Positions 50,497 through 60,701 of a DNA stretch of 64,000 nt are shown here, piece after piece. The first letter of the stretch is position 1, and every line of letters begins with the position of its first letter. The translations under genes were made by a program, and so were the position numbers. The DNA lies in the NCBI GenBank assembly GCA_934444365.1, contig CAKSCM010000009.1, positions 1 through 64,000 of the forward strand, written 5' to 3'. The stretch comes from an uncultured Eubacteriales bacterium (GTDB lineage Bacteria; Bacillota; Clostridia; Oscillospirales; Acutalibacteraceae). The notes beneath the pieces were generated by a model. The model was not told the origin of the DNA and did no database searches. It saw nothing but the letters and a program-made list of their open reading frames with translations.

Positions 50497-51363
50497 ATGT
50501 TTTCACTTATGCGTAAAAGTGTATCCGTATTAACCGCCGCGCTTATAATAATATCCCTGCTTGTGTCAGGGGCAATTTATTCGCTTGCAACCGAAAGCTC
50601 AGTCTCGTCCGAGACCGAGCCGAGCGAAACCTCGAGCGAGATTTCCGACGTAAGCTCGGATGATAACGGTTCCGACACAAGCTCCGATGACAATAATTCA
50701 AGTGATACCGACCCGTCCGACACATCATCCGACAACACTTCGGATGATGAATCCTCGCACACCTCAAGCGAGAGCAGTTCGAGAACATCCTCACGCGAAG
50801 AGCCGTCCGAGACCTCCTCGCGCCACTCATCGAGCAATCAAAGCTCATCGTCTTCAAGGAGCAACAGCAGCACCACATCCTCAAGGAGCGATTCGGGACG
50901 CACCGAAACCTCCTCTGATGACGACGATGACGAGTATTCGAGAAACACCTCCTCGCGCACCTCGTCAAAAAAGAATAAATCCTCCAAAACGCCATCCTCT
51001 GCCCCCGAGGAATCCTCGGCAGTTGAGAGCAACGTCAAGAATATATCCGACTACGGAAAAACCGGCAAAACAATGCTTCTGATATCGGCCATTGTTGCGG
51101 TAGCCGCAGCGGCCGCGCTTATTTACATCAACCTCACGGCGCACAAAAGAATAGTTGAGGCACGCAATCGTGCACAAAGAAAGGCGAAAATCGCCGCATA
51201 TAACGCCCGCGCCCAGAAGGAAACAAAGCAGAAAAAGTCCGACGATTATGATTTCGACGGTTATAATACCGACAATTCCTCCGATGATGGACGTTTCAGC
51301 ATGAATCAGAATGACTTTGACTTCGGCGACGATTTCCTTATAAATAAGGATAAGAAAAAATAA
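50497..51363 (+). CDS. Ser/Asp-rich low-complexity membrane-anchored protein (hypothetical).
   Basis: Signal/TM N-terminus and ~150 aa of S/D/T/E repeats. Then a second TM and a basic/acidic C-terminal tail. An alternative start lies at 50509. Confidence 0.5.
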   Translation: MFSLMRKSVSVLTAALIIISLLVSGAIYSLATESSVSSETEPSETSSEISDVSSDDNGSDTSSDDNNSSDTDPSDTSSDNTSDDESSHTSSESSSRTSSREEPSETSSRHSSSNQSSSSSRSNSSTTSSRSDSGRTETSSDDDDDEYSRNTSSRTSSKKNKSSKTPSSAPEESSAVESNVKNISDYGKTGKTMLLISAIVAVAAAAALIYINLTAHKRIVEARNRAQRKAKIAAYNARAQKETKQKKSDDYDFDGYNTDNSSDDGRFSMNQNDFDFGDDFLINKDKKK

Positions 51364-51496
51364 AAACGATTACCGGGACAGGTACTAAAAACACGAAAAG
51401 AACTTAACGCTTTTGTACCGACCCCGGTATTTCCATGTACGCATACGATAATCGATCGTCCTTGCGCATTCGACATGAAAGGTATGATGTAAAAAA

Positions 51497-52552
51497 ATGA
51501 GTTTTGTTGAATTTATCAATATGTGCATAAGCCAACCGGCATTGCTTATAACCGTGCTGCTTACCTTGGGCGTGGTTTTTGTAAACGGCTGGACCGATGC
51601 TCCGAACGCCATTGCAACCTGCGTTTCGACGCGCTCAATGGGCGCTCGTGCGGCGGTGCTTATGGCGGCAGCATTCAACTTTTTGGGTGTTCTTGTCTTT
51701 TCGATGTTCAGCAAGAGCGTTGCCGAAACCATTTATAACATGGTGGACTTCAGCAAGGTGACCATAACCTCAAACGAAAACCCGGCCCTCATTGCCCTGT
51801 GTGCGGCCATGTTCGCAATTGTCGTATGGGCGGTTGTCGCCTGGTGGTTCGGCATTCCCACAAGCGAGAGCCATGCGCTCATAGCCGGTATCTCCGGTGC
51901 GGCGATAGTGATGGGCGGCTTCGGCGGAATCCACTGGGGCGAATGGATAAAGGTAATTTACGGACTTGTCCTTTCGACCGTTTTAGGCTTTGTTTTGGGA
52001 TACATAACCGTAAAACTCGTCGAGCTGATCTTCAAAGGCGTAACCAGAAGAAAGGCCAACAGCTTTTTCAGGGGAGCACAAATTGCCGGCGGTGCCGCAA
52101 TGGCATTCATGCACGGCGCTCAGGACGGTCTTAAATTTATAGGCGTGTTCCTGCTTGGAATAAATCTCTCAACCGGAACCACAACCGGCAATACCGATAT
52201 TTCGCTGTGGCTGATGCTGCTTATCTCCCTTACAATGGGTATAGGCACCTCGATAGGTGGCTACCGCATAATAAAGGCGGTCGGAATGGATATGGTAAAG
52301 CTTGAAAAATACCAGGGCTTCTCGGCCGACGTAGCAGGCGCTATTTGCCTGTTGCTCGCATCTGTAACAAGTATTCCGGTAAGTACGACCCATACCAAAA
52401 CCACCGCTATAATGGGCGTCGGCGCCGCAAAGCGCTTGTCGTCGGTAAACTGGAACGTAGTTAAAGAAATGATGTATGCCTGGATATTCACCTTCCCCGG
52501 ATGTGCTCTTATAAGCGCACTTATGACATTTTTGTTCTTACTTATATTCTGA
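51497..52552 (+). CDS. Inorganic phosphate transporter, PiT family.
   Basis: PHO4 signature GWTDAPNAIAT... and an internal repeat. Confidence 0.85.
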   Translation: MSFVEFINMCISQPALLITVLLTLGVVFVNGWTDAPNAIATCVSTRSMGARAAVLMAAAFNFLGVLVFSMFSKSVAETIYNMVDFSKVTITSNENPALIALCAAMFAIVVWAVVAWWFGIPTSESHALIAGISGAAIVMGGFGGIHWGEWIKVIYGLVLSTVLGFVLGYITVKLVELIFKGVTRRKANSFFRGAQIAGGAAMAFMHGAQDGLKFIGVFLLGINLSTGTTTGNTDISLWLMLLISLTMGIGTSIGGYRIIKAVGMDMVKLEKYQGFSADVAGAICLLLASVTSIPVSTTHTKTTAIMGVGAAKRLSSVNWNVVKEMMYAWIFTFPGCALISALMTFLFLLIF

Positions 52553-52648
52553 TTTAAGGCTTCAAAAACGCATTAATCCGGCAGGTATTATTAATACATA
52601 GCAGTAAAATTTAAAAGAAAACCTTGAAATTTTTCGGAGGAGTTTAAT

Positions 52649-53269
52649 ATGGCTAAGAAAAAGGAAGTTAATTATTTCGATTTATTTGTTGACGCTATAG
52701 ACTGTTCACAGCGTGCGGCCGTTATGCTAAGGGATATGCTCAGGGAAAATAACATAAAAATCGACGACATAATGAAGCTGCACGGGATTGAGCACGAGGG
52801 CGACCTTATACGCCATCAGATAGTTTCCGAGTTATCCCGCGCGTTTATAACCCCCATCGAGCGCGAGGATATACTTGAGCTCTCCCGCTGTATCGATGAT
52901 CTTACCGATTCCATAGAGGACATAGCGACCCGTATAGACATGTTCAACATAACCTCTATCCGTCCCGAGGCGATCGAGTTCATAAACCTTATAGTCGACG
53001 CTGCCGACGCCACGAAGGAAGCCCTTGTTGAGTTTAAAAACTTCAAAAAATCAAAGACCATAAACTCCATGATAATCAATATAAACAAGCTCGAGGAGGA
53101 CGGCGACAAGCTCTATCACGATTCGGTCCGCCGGCTGTTTGTTGAGGAAGAGGGCAATATCCTCGAAATAATCCGTTGGCGCGAGGCCTTTGAGATAATG
53201 GAGCATTGCTGCGATGCATTTGAGGATGTCGCCGACATTATCGAAGGCATAATAATGAAGAATTCCTGA
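52649..53269 (+). CDS. DUF47-family phosphate-transport regulator (PiT accessory, PhoU-like).
   Basis: 206-aa helical protein adjacent to the PiT gene. Confidence 0.75.
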   Translation: MAKKKEVNYFDLFVDAIDCSQRAAVMLRDMLRENNIKIDDIMKLHGIEHEGDLIRHQIVSELSRAFITPIEREDILELSRCIDDLTDSIEDIATRIDMFNITSIRPEAIEFINLIVDAADATKEALVEFKNFKKSKTINSMIININKLEEDGDKLYHDSVRRLFVEEEGNILEIIRWREAFEIMEHCCDAFEDVADIIEGIIMKNS

Positions 53270-53303
53270 GTTTTCACACCGAAAATATCAGCGAAAAAAT
53301 ATT

Positions 53304-53340
53304 AACGGGTCCGTTTATTTTAAAAACGGGCCCGTTTTTG
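53304..53340. terminator. Bidirectional terminator region with two near-palindromic hairpins (acgggtccgt; acgggcccgt followed by TTTTT).
   Basis: Seen in sequence between the convergent DUF47 and TIM-barrel genes. Confidence 0.55.
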
Positions 53341-53405
53341 TTATATAACCATGACTTTCTCATCCGAACACTTGTCGGTTTTTAAGGCAATGCGAAAAAA
53401 TTCAA

Positions 53406-54149
53406 TTATTCAACCAACTGCTTTATGCAATCGATATCCTTTATAAAATTATCGTCCTCGTCGTCCTTTACAAACTCGAGAATAAAATTGCACTCATCAT
53501 GCGCTGCCTTTACTCGGCTTATGAATTTCTGCCATTTTTCGGTTCCCTCGCTCATGAGAAAACGCTGTCCCCTATCGTCCCAGTTAAAAACGTGCACCGT
53601 TACGATATAGTCGAGGACCTTCGATAAATTCTTGTCGTCGGTCCCGTCGGAAAAAGGCTGCCAGTAGGTCTTAACATTCGGTTTATTAACCTTGTTTATA
53701 AGACGGACGGTGTTCTCTCCGCAATCGTTAAAGGTAACGTGGTGGAACTCAAAGCCGATAGTTACAGAATACTTTTGCGCAATATCGGCCATTCGCGAGA
53801 CCTCATCGCACAGCGCGAGAAATTCTTCCTCGCTTGTTTCGGCAGAGGCTTTAAGCCCGAGCCAGACGCGAACGATTCTCGCTCCCAGTATATCGGCCGT
53901 TTTGCAAACCCTTTCAAAGGCGGCCATGTCGTTAAAGCCTACCCTGTAGTAGCTGCCATAGGAAACGCTCTTTATGCCGGCCGCATCGCAAAGTGCGCGT
54001 ACGCGCTTCGCGTTTTCCTCGTTATCGGGCGGAACATGAACGTCTCCTCCCCATTCAATGCAGTTTATTCCGGCTTTTTTTGCAATATCAATTATTTCCT
54101 CAACGCTTTTTTTTCTGAAGGTAACGGTCGTAAAGCCTATGTTGTACAT
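53406..54149 (-). CDS. Xylose-isomerase-like TIM-barrel protein (sugar phosphate isomerase/epimerase).
   Basis: 247 aa with XI/AP-endonuclease-2-like TIM-barrel features. Confidence 0.7.
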   Translation of the reverse strand: MYNIGFTTVTFRKKSVEEIIDIAKKAGINCIEWGGDVHVPPDNEENAKRVRALCDAAGIKSVSYGSYYRVGFNDMAAFERVCKTADILGARIVRVWLGLKASAETSEEEFLALCDEVSRMADIAQKYSVTIGFEFHHVTFNDCGENTVRLINKVNKPNVKTYWQPFSDGTDDKNLSKVLDYIVTVHVFNWDDRGQRFLMSEGTEKWQKFISRVKAAHDECNFILEFVKDDEDDNFIKDIDCIKQLVE

Positions 54150-54185
54150 ATTTTTCTCCTCCTTGATTGAGCCTTTGCGGTTTTG

Positions 54186-55181
54186 TCAGGCCATGGTTTT
54201 AAGCATGTCTAAAGTAACCGAATATTTAGGCTCTCCCCCAGATGTTATGCGCAAAAACTCATCGATCATCCAGTCGGCCAGACGGTTGCGCTCGTTACCG
54301 ATGCTGCCGGCTATATGTGGCGTGATTATAACGTTCGGGCATTCGCAAAGCGGGCTGTCTTTTTTAACGGGCTCGGGCCATGTAACGTCAAGAAGGGCTG
54401 TCAGCGACGGGTTTTTCTTCATAGCCTCAGCTAAATCCGCCTCGTTCACCTGAGCGCCCCGACCAGTGTTTATAAAGGTCGAGCAGGGCTTCATTCTTGA
54501 AAAAAGCGACAGATTATATATGCCGTTTAGTTCCTGCTTGTTGGCGAGATGGTTGGTTATGACGTCGCAGCTTTCGAATATTTCCTCAAGGCTTACAAGG
54601 GTGATGCCAAGTTCATCGGCGCGCTCCTTCGGTAAGAATTTATCAAAGGCATACACCTCACACTCGGTGCTCTTAAGCCGCTCGCACACCATTGAGCCTA
54701 TGGCGCCGACTCCGCATACGCCGACTTTGGCCTTGTATGATCCCTTTAAATCGTAATCGAAGCCGGCGGGAAATACGTTGTGCTTCGGGTAGTTCTGGGT
54801 GCTGAAAAAGCCTTTTAGCGCCAGCATTATCTGAGCAAAGGTATATTCGGCTACCGGTATTCCGTTTGCAACCCATGCGCTCGACACGAAAATTCCGTTT
54901 TCCAAAAACTCCTTTGCAAAGCCCTGAACACTGCCGGCGGCATAAAGCACCGCTTTAAGGTTCGGGAAGCATTTTTTTATTTCCTCGTCCGAAAAACGCG
55001 GCATACCCCAGGTTGAAAACAGATACTCGGTATCGGCCGATATCGACGGATCGTGCATGAGCTCGCTCTTTGTGTAAACGCCGTCGCAAAGCTCGCTGTT
55101 CGCCTGCAGCCTGCCTACCTGAGCCTTTGCGTAAACGGCTTTTGCCGCGTCCTTATTATCGGAAAAAATCATGGTTTTCAT
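54186..55181 (-). CDS. D-isomer-specific 2-hydroxyacid dehydrogenase family (NAD-dependent).
   Basis: Rossmann segment GVCGVGAIGSMV and the catalytic TPHIAGS region. Confidence 0.8.
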   Translation of the reverse strand: MKTMIFSDNKDAAKAVYAKAQVGRLQANSELCDGVYTKSELMHDPSISADTEYLFSTWGMPRFSDEEIKKCFPNLKAVLYAAGSVQGFAKEFLENGIFVSSAWVANGIPVAEYTFAQIMLALKGFFSTQNYPKHNVFPAGFDYDLKGSYKAKVGVCGVGAIGSMVCERLKSTECEVYAFDKFLPKERADELGITLVSLEEIFESCDVITNHLANKQELNGIYNLSLFSRMKPCSTFINTGRGAQVNEADLAEAMKKNPSLTALLDVTWPEPVKKDSPLCECPNVIITPHIAGSIGNERNRLADWMIDEFLRITSGGEPKYSVTLDMLKTMA

Positions 55182-55386
55182 TTTTTATTCCTCTTTTCCC
55201 AAAATAAAAAGCTCAAAGTATTGTACCGGCAAAACCGCTGTTCTCCTGAAAAAATATTGTTTTTAGTCAGACGTGCCGAAAAAACAGATATGCTGCCGCA
55301 TTTCAAAGTTTTTTAGGGGCGTATGACGGAAAAAGAACGATTCTTGAGAGGTTTATCCCTACGCGGTACAACACAAGACTTAAAAC

Positions 55387-57351
55387 TCAATAAACGTTTC
55401 GGTTTTCGCGGTAGCCGCGCCAGACATTCTCAAAAAAGCCTCCGCCGTCGGGAAGGGCTCTTACATCCCGCCATCCGACAAATGCCTTAAGGTTTCCCTC
55501 TAAAGCCACCTGTTCCACCATTTTGTCAAGCGCGCCGTCGTCGGGGATGAATCTGAATATATCCTCAAGTCCGTCCGGCTTTACGCCGTTTTCGTTTGTG
55601 TAAAGGGCCGAGCCGCGCGACTTTCCGCCCTTTTCGGAATATCCGGCAAAGGCCGTAAGATAAACATACTGAGCCGCCAGCGTGTCACGCAAACGATAAA
55701 GCATTCTGAGTGCTTCGGGCGAGCTTACTCCGGCGTTATCAAGTAAAACGAGCTCCTCTTTTACCTTAACGGCATATTCGCCGATGGCTTTGGGCGAACG
55801 TATGGCCCCGGCACATTCGCTCATTGATTTGCGTGCCTTTTTAAGCTTCATTACGGCGCTGTCGCCGCCGTTTTCAAGCACCCTTTCGCAAAGCGCAATA
55901 TGAAATCTTAACTTTTTATCGGCGGCGGCGAAAAATTCATCGTCGCGCGACGGCTCATTGGGCCTTGCGGCGATGTATGAGGCCGCTCTTAATGATCCGA
56001 CCTGACCGGCGTTAAGAGCGCTTCCGCCCGGACGGTATACACCGTGTGTTCCGGCACATTCTCCGGCCGCAAAAAGCCCCTTTATATCGGTCTGCCACCA
56101 CATATCAACCGCTATTCCGCCGTTATTATGCTGTGCGCAAAGCGAAATTTCAAGCGGCTGCCTCGTTATATCGACTCCCTTCGATCTGTAAAGCTCGACC
56201 GCCGGCATATTCATATGCGAAAGTCGCTCAATCGGAGTGCCGAAATCGGCTCCGGCATTTTTGAGATAATCCCTTGCCTCATCGCTTAAATCGCCAAAAG
56301 GAATCTCTTTGAGTCCGAACGGATTACGGGTGAAATCAAGAAATACCCTCCTGCCACGCATGAACACCTCGCGGTAAACAAGCAGATCTATAACCGACGA
56401 GCCGTTTTGCGCCTTTCGGCTGTCAAAGGGCCATTCATAGCCCTTTTTAAACACCATGGAAAGGGCCTTGGCGTCATCGGAATAGTATTCGCTTAAAAAC
56501 TCATATTCATTGCCCTGCTCGTCACGGGAGAAAAATCTCGGCAGTACCTGCATATAGGTTCCCGAAACATTCCAGCGCGGGGCGATTGATGCGAGTCCGT
56601 ACTGCCATTCGGTAAGATTCTGTCCCTTTGCTCCGGCCAAAAACGCCACTCCCGAGGCACCGGCATGTCCCACCGGATAAACGGTATCGCTGTAAATTCC
56701 GGCCGGTCCTCCGGTTGCATAGATTATATCATGCGCTTTAAAAAGGGTAAAGCGCGTGTTTTTATCGTCTGCCCCGTCCAAATTGAGACAAAGCACACCG
56801 AGCGCTTTGTTATTATCGGTTATAATCTCGATTACCTGCTGCTTGTCAAAAACGGTGACATCGCGGCGCAAGGCCTCCTTTTGCAGACATTCGGTCATCA
56901 TTTTAGAGGTAAGCGGACCCACCGACGTGGCTCTGGCCCGTGTATCGTGGTCGGTTTTATAGCCGACGTATTCGCCGAAGTTATTCACCGGGAAATCCAC
57001 CCCGAGCTCGCAAAGCGACAAAAAGCAGCGCACCGAATTGGCCGCTTCTGCAAGAGCATTGTCGCCGTCAACGCATTTGCCGGCAAAAAGCTCCGATGCC
57101 ATTGAGTGGGGAGAATCGTCGTCCGCCGCGCAAAGGTTCATTTTGTAGTAGGTCTGCTTGTCCGAACCGGTATTGCGCGAGGTTCCCATGTCGACCCCCT
57201 CGGTGATTATTGCAATATCGTCCACCCCGAGCTTTTTAAGCTGAACGGCCGCATTGTAGCCGGCGGCTCCCGTTCCGATTATTGCCGCGTCAAGGGTAAC
57301 GGTTTTTATGTTTATTCCGTCAAAGCTGTGTATTTCGGTCTTCATGTACAT
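55387..57351 (-). CDS. FAD-dependent oxidoreductase of the fumarate-reductase/succinate-dehydrogenase flavoprotein family, with a ~200-aa C-terminal extension.
   Basis: N-terminal dinucleotide fold IIGTGAAG. SdhA-like RPGGSALNAG motif. 654 aa. Confidence 0.7.
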   Translation of the reverse strand: MYMKTEIHSFDGINIKTVTLDAAIIGTGAAGYNAAVQLKKLGVDDIAIITEGVDMGTSRNTGSDKQTYYKMNLCAADDDSPHSMASELFAGKCVDGDNALAEAANSVRCFLSLCELGVDFPVNNFGEYVGYKTDHDTRARATSVGPLTSKMMTECLQKEALRRDVTVFDKQQVIEIITDNNKALGVLCLNLDGADDKNTRFTLFKAHDIIYATGGPAGIYSDTVYPVGHAGASGVAFLAGAKGQNLTEWQYGLASIAPRWNVSGTYMQVLPRFFSRDEQGNEYEFLSEYYSDDAKALSMVFKKGYEWPFDSRKAQNGSSVIDLLVYREVFMRGRRVFLDFTRNPFGLKEIPFGDLSDEARDYLKNAGADFGTPIERLSHMNMPAVELYRSKGVDITRQPLEISLCAQHNNGGIAVDMWWQTDIKGLFAAGECAGTHGVYRPGGSALNAGQVGSLRAASYIAARPNEPSRDDEFFAAADKKLRFHIALCERVLENGGDSAVMKLKKARKSMSECAGAIRSPKAIGEYAVKVKEELVLLDNAGVSSPEALRMLYRLRDTLAAQYVYLTAFAGYSEKGGKSRGSALYTNENGVKPDGLEDIFRFIPDDGALDKMVEQVALEGNLKAFVGWRDVRALPDGGGFFENVWRGYRENRNVY

Positions 57352-57359
57352 TCCCCTTT

Positions 57360-58127
57360 TTACAGCCGCTGAATATGGAAACCGCCGTCAACGTCTATCG
57401 ACTGGCCGGTAGTATATCCGAAACGATCCGAACAGAGGGCTCCTATAACCTTGGCAACGTCCTCGGGATATCCCCAGCGTTTTATCGGAAGGAGTCCGCC
57501 GTCAATAAGATCGTCATACTTTTTCTTTACGGTCGAGGTCATGCCGGTTGCGATTATGCCCGGTCTTATCTCGTTTACGATTATTCCCTCGCTTGCAAGA
57601 CGGTCGGCAAAAAGGGTGGTTATCATGGAAACGCCGGCTTTTGAGATGCAGTATTCTCCGCGGCTTACCGAGCTTGTATATGCCGACATGGACGATATGT
57701 TAACAATATATCCGTGAATATCTTCGGTTCGGGGTCTTTCAAGCATTTTCTTTGCGACCGCCTGGGTTAAAAACATGGTCGCCTTGGTGTTTACGCCCAT
57801 TACCCTGTCGTAGCTTTCCTCGGTCATTTCGAGGATATCGGCGCGCACCTTTGGCGCTATGCCGGCGACGTTTACAAGAGCGTCAATACGGCCGAATTTT
57901 TCCAAAGTACGGTCGATAAAGCGCTGTCTGTCGTCGGATTTTGAAAGATCGCCGACGGTATAAAGCACCCGGTCCTTCATTTCGCCTAAACGGTCGTTTG
58001 CCGTATTTTCGTCAAGCATATCAAAGGCCGATACGTCGTATCCGTCCGATATAAGCTGCTTTACGGCAGCAAATCCGATACCGCCCATAGCCCCCGTTAT
58101 CATTGCGCATTTTTTCATTTTTATCAT
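57360..58127 (-). CDS. Short-chain dehydrogenase/reductase (SDR).
   Basis: TGAMGGIG cofactor motif and the catalytic YxxxK (YCISK). Confidence 0.85.
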   Translation of the reverse strand: MIKMKKCAMITGAMGGIGFAAVKQLISDGYDVSAFDMLDENTANDRLGEMKDRVLYTVGDLSKSDDRQRFIDRTLEKFGRIDALVNVAGIAPKVRADILEMTEESYDRVMGVNTKATMFLTQAVAKKMLERPRTEDIHGYIVNISSMSAYTSSVSRGEYCISKAGVSMITTLFADRLASEGIIVNEIRPGIIATGMTSTVKKKYDDLIDGGLLPIKRWGYPEDVAKVIGALCSDRFGYTTGQSIDVDGGFHIQRL

Positions 58128-58194
58128 CCCTTTAAAAGAATTATGTAATCGTAAAATCTACAGTTAAACATTGTTCCTTTTGTATTGCAACAAA

Positions 58195-59511
58195 TTATTT
58201 TTTGCAGTACTGCTTGTAATAAGGCAAATACACCTCAGAATCGCGCACGACGCACCCGGCGACCGTACCGGCGCGCATGAGCTCGGTGCATTTACTGCAC
58301 GCGATGCAGCATTTTTTCTCATCGAAGCAGCCGTTTAAAATGTCGTTCGCGAACTGCTCGTAAGCAAAGGCCTCCCTGCCGAATCCCGCTATATCGGCTA
58401 TTCCCCGCTCTATTACAGCGGCGGCAAGATTGGGAGCGAATTTTCTAAGATAAGAATGTCCGGAGCTTATAACGGTTAAATCCGGATAGGCCTTTTTAAG
58501 GGCTTTAATGCAGTCGAACATCCTGGCAACTCCCTCAAGCGGATGCTCGGGCGGAACATATCCCCCCATATCAAACGGGCGGTTCACATGCGGATTAAAA
58601 TACGGATTTCCGATGGTGAAATCGAGCATTTTAATTCCGAGGTCGTTATGTATTATCCCCACAAGCTTAATCGGCTCGTCAAGATCGGGGGTAATGCTGC
58701 CGTCGTTTTTAACCCCGAATCCGTTCGGATAGGCGAATCCGTCGTAAAGATTAAGCCGCGATGTAATCTTAAAGCTATCATCCTGCTCGCTCAGTGCGTT
58801 TTTAAGGGCGGTAAGGTAAAGCCTTGTACGGTTTTCGAACGATCCGCCGTATTTTCCCGGCCTCTCGTAAGCGGAGCAAAGCTCGCTGAATAAATACCTG
58901 TGACAGCATTTTACATCGGCCGCATCGAAGCCGGCTTCCTTAGCCATGGCGGCCGCCGGACCGAAATGATCGGCCACCGAATCAAGATAATCGTCGCTGA
59001 CAATGGCGCTGTCATCAATAGGATTATTCTTTTCGAATACCGAATTGTGATAGGCTATAAGCGGCTGAGGATAGCCGTTCGGCTTGGCATACCGTCCCGA
59101 ATGGGTCAGCTGACATACAAGATACGGCTCAAAGCCGTTATGCCGCATACATTCCTCTTTAGTATCGTTTACAAGCTTTTTAAATGCGTCTAAATTATCC
59201 TTGTTGATATAAAGCTGGCGCGGATTGGCTCTGCCCTCCTTCATGACGGCGGTTGCCTCTCCCCATATAAGACCGGCGCCGCTTCTCGCAAAGCGCATAT
59301 AGCGCCTGAAGGTTAGCTCATCGGGTTTGCCGTCCGGCGTGCCGTCGCACCCTTCCATCGGCTGTATGGCTATGCGGTTTTTAATGTGCGGTTCGGGGAG
59401 TTCGTTTTTTAAAATGCCGGTATTCTCCGAAAGGGGAATATCCACCGACAGCCTTTGTATTTCGCTTTTTAATTCCTCGTATGTTTTGTAATGATACCGT
59501 TCAAAATTCAT
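58195..59511 (-). CDS. Old-Yellow-Enzyme-like FMN oxidoreductase carrying a FadH-type [4Fe-4S] Cys motif but no C-terminal reductase domain.
   Basis: OYE TIM-barrel motif QLTHSGR. CxxCxxC-x11-C motif (CIACSKCTELMRAGTVAGC). 438 aa. Confidence 0.75.
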   Translation of the reverse strand: MNFERYHYKTYEELKSEIQRLSVDIPLSENTGILKNELPEPHIKNRIAIQPMEGCDGTPDGKPDELTFRRYMRFARSGAGLIWGEATAVMKEGRANPRQLYINKDNLDAFKKLVNDTKEECMRHNGFEPYLVCQLTHSGRYAKPNGYPQPLIAYHNSVFEKNNPIDDSAIVSDDYLDSVADHFGPAAAMAKEAGFDAADVKCCHRYLFSELCSAYERPGKYGGSFENRTRLYLTALKNALSEQDDSFKITSRLNLYDGFAYPNGFGVKNDGSITPDLDEPIKLVGIIHNDLGIKMLDFTIGNPYFNPHVNRPFDMGGYVPPEHPLEGVARMFDCIKALKKAYPDLTVISSGHSYLRKFAPNLAAAVIERGIADIAGFGREAFAYEQFANDILNGCFDEKKCCIACSKCTELMRAGTVAGCVVRDSEVYLPYYKQYCKK

Positions 59512-60355
59512 TTAATCCATTGTTCTCCTTACTGTGTGCATTCCTGTATTCACGCGGGGTCAGCCCGGTGTCGTTCTTTAAATAACGCGAAAAATTCCCT
59601 CCGGTCGAAAAGCCGGTCTCCTCGGCGATCTTGGAGGCGCTGAGACTGGTCGAACAAAGCATATCCTTCGCAATCGACAGCCTGTGCTCCGATAAATATT
59701 CCATCACCCCGTAGCCCGTTATCTCCTTAAACAGATGGGAAAGATAGCTTTTTGAAACATGGTGTTTTTTTGCCAGAATGTCAAGGGAATAAAAGGCCGA
59801 ATAGTTATTTTCGAATTCCTTTTGTATATCCTCCACTATTGTGTTTTTTACCGTCGCCTTCATCGGAAAGCTCTCGGGCGAAAAACGGTAAAGGCGGATA
59901 AGCAGAATTCTAAGCAACGATTTTTGCATTTCGTCGACAAAAAGCCCCGACTCCGAATACTCCCTTGCAAGACATTTGAATACCCATTCGATGTCCTCCG
60001 CTATATCCGACACGTCAATAAGGTGATTAAAGAATTCCGGACGGTTCGAAAAAATTGAGCAGATCGTGCTGTTTTTTATCGCATACCGCACCGAAACCGG
60101 TGAAACCTGTATGCAATAGCGCTCGTAATCGTCGGTAAGCGGTTCGACCGAATGCTGTTCGAGATTGCTTATAAAAAATACGCTCTTTTCGCCGACGAAA
60201 TAATCCTTTCCCGAACAGCGGATATGGGCCTTCCCCCGGCGGATATAAAGAATTTCGTGACAATTATGATAATGCACGGCAAAACCGTTGCTTCCCGAAG
60301 CAAAATATGCGGTCTGTATAAGAGAGTTATCCATAACGTATTCCACCTTTTCCAT
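59501..60355 (-). CDS. AraC-family transcriptional regulator (N-terminal cupin sensor plus C-terminal HTH).
   Basis: C-terminal AraC HTH (…HHVSKSYLSHLFKEITG…LSASKIAEETGFSTGGNFSRYLK). Confidence 0.85.
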   Translation of the reverse strand: MEKVEYVMDNSLIQTAYFASGSNGFAVHYHNCHEILYIRRGKAHIRCSGKDYFVGEKSVFFISNLEQHSVEPLTDDYERYCIQVSPVSVRYAIKNSTICSIFSNRPEFFNHLIDVSDIAEDIEWVFKCLAREYSESGLFVDEMQKSLLRILLIRLYRFSPESFPMKATVKNTIVEDIQKEFENNYSAFYSLDILAKKHHVSKSYLSHLFKEITGYGVMEYLSEHRLSIAKDMLCSTSLSASKIAEETGFSTGGNFSRYLKNDTGLTPREYRNAHSKENNGLNEF

Positions 60356-60701
60356 AAAACGGGATCGTTTAACATACTCCTATGCCCATCCATCGTTTAC
60401 AGCATATCACTCGCCGCAACACAAATCAACAAAAAGATGTTTTGATAACAAAAATAGGCACTTTCAGGGCGGTATTGAGCAGTATTGATAATTTTTTTGG
60501 GTGTTTACGTCTTTAAAACCCAACGGGCTCCAAGCGGCCGATTTTGCCCTATAATAACCCGATATTGACATATTGCAAAACGGCAATTGACACACCGATC
60601 TTTATTTATTATATTACATTTAGCGTCATATCAAGCATGCTTTGATACCGGCATAAACAGCAACTAAATTCAATCTCTTTTTTAACGGAGGTAATTTAAA
60701 A

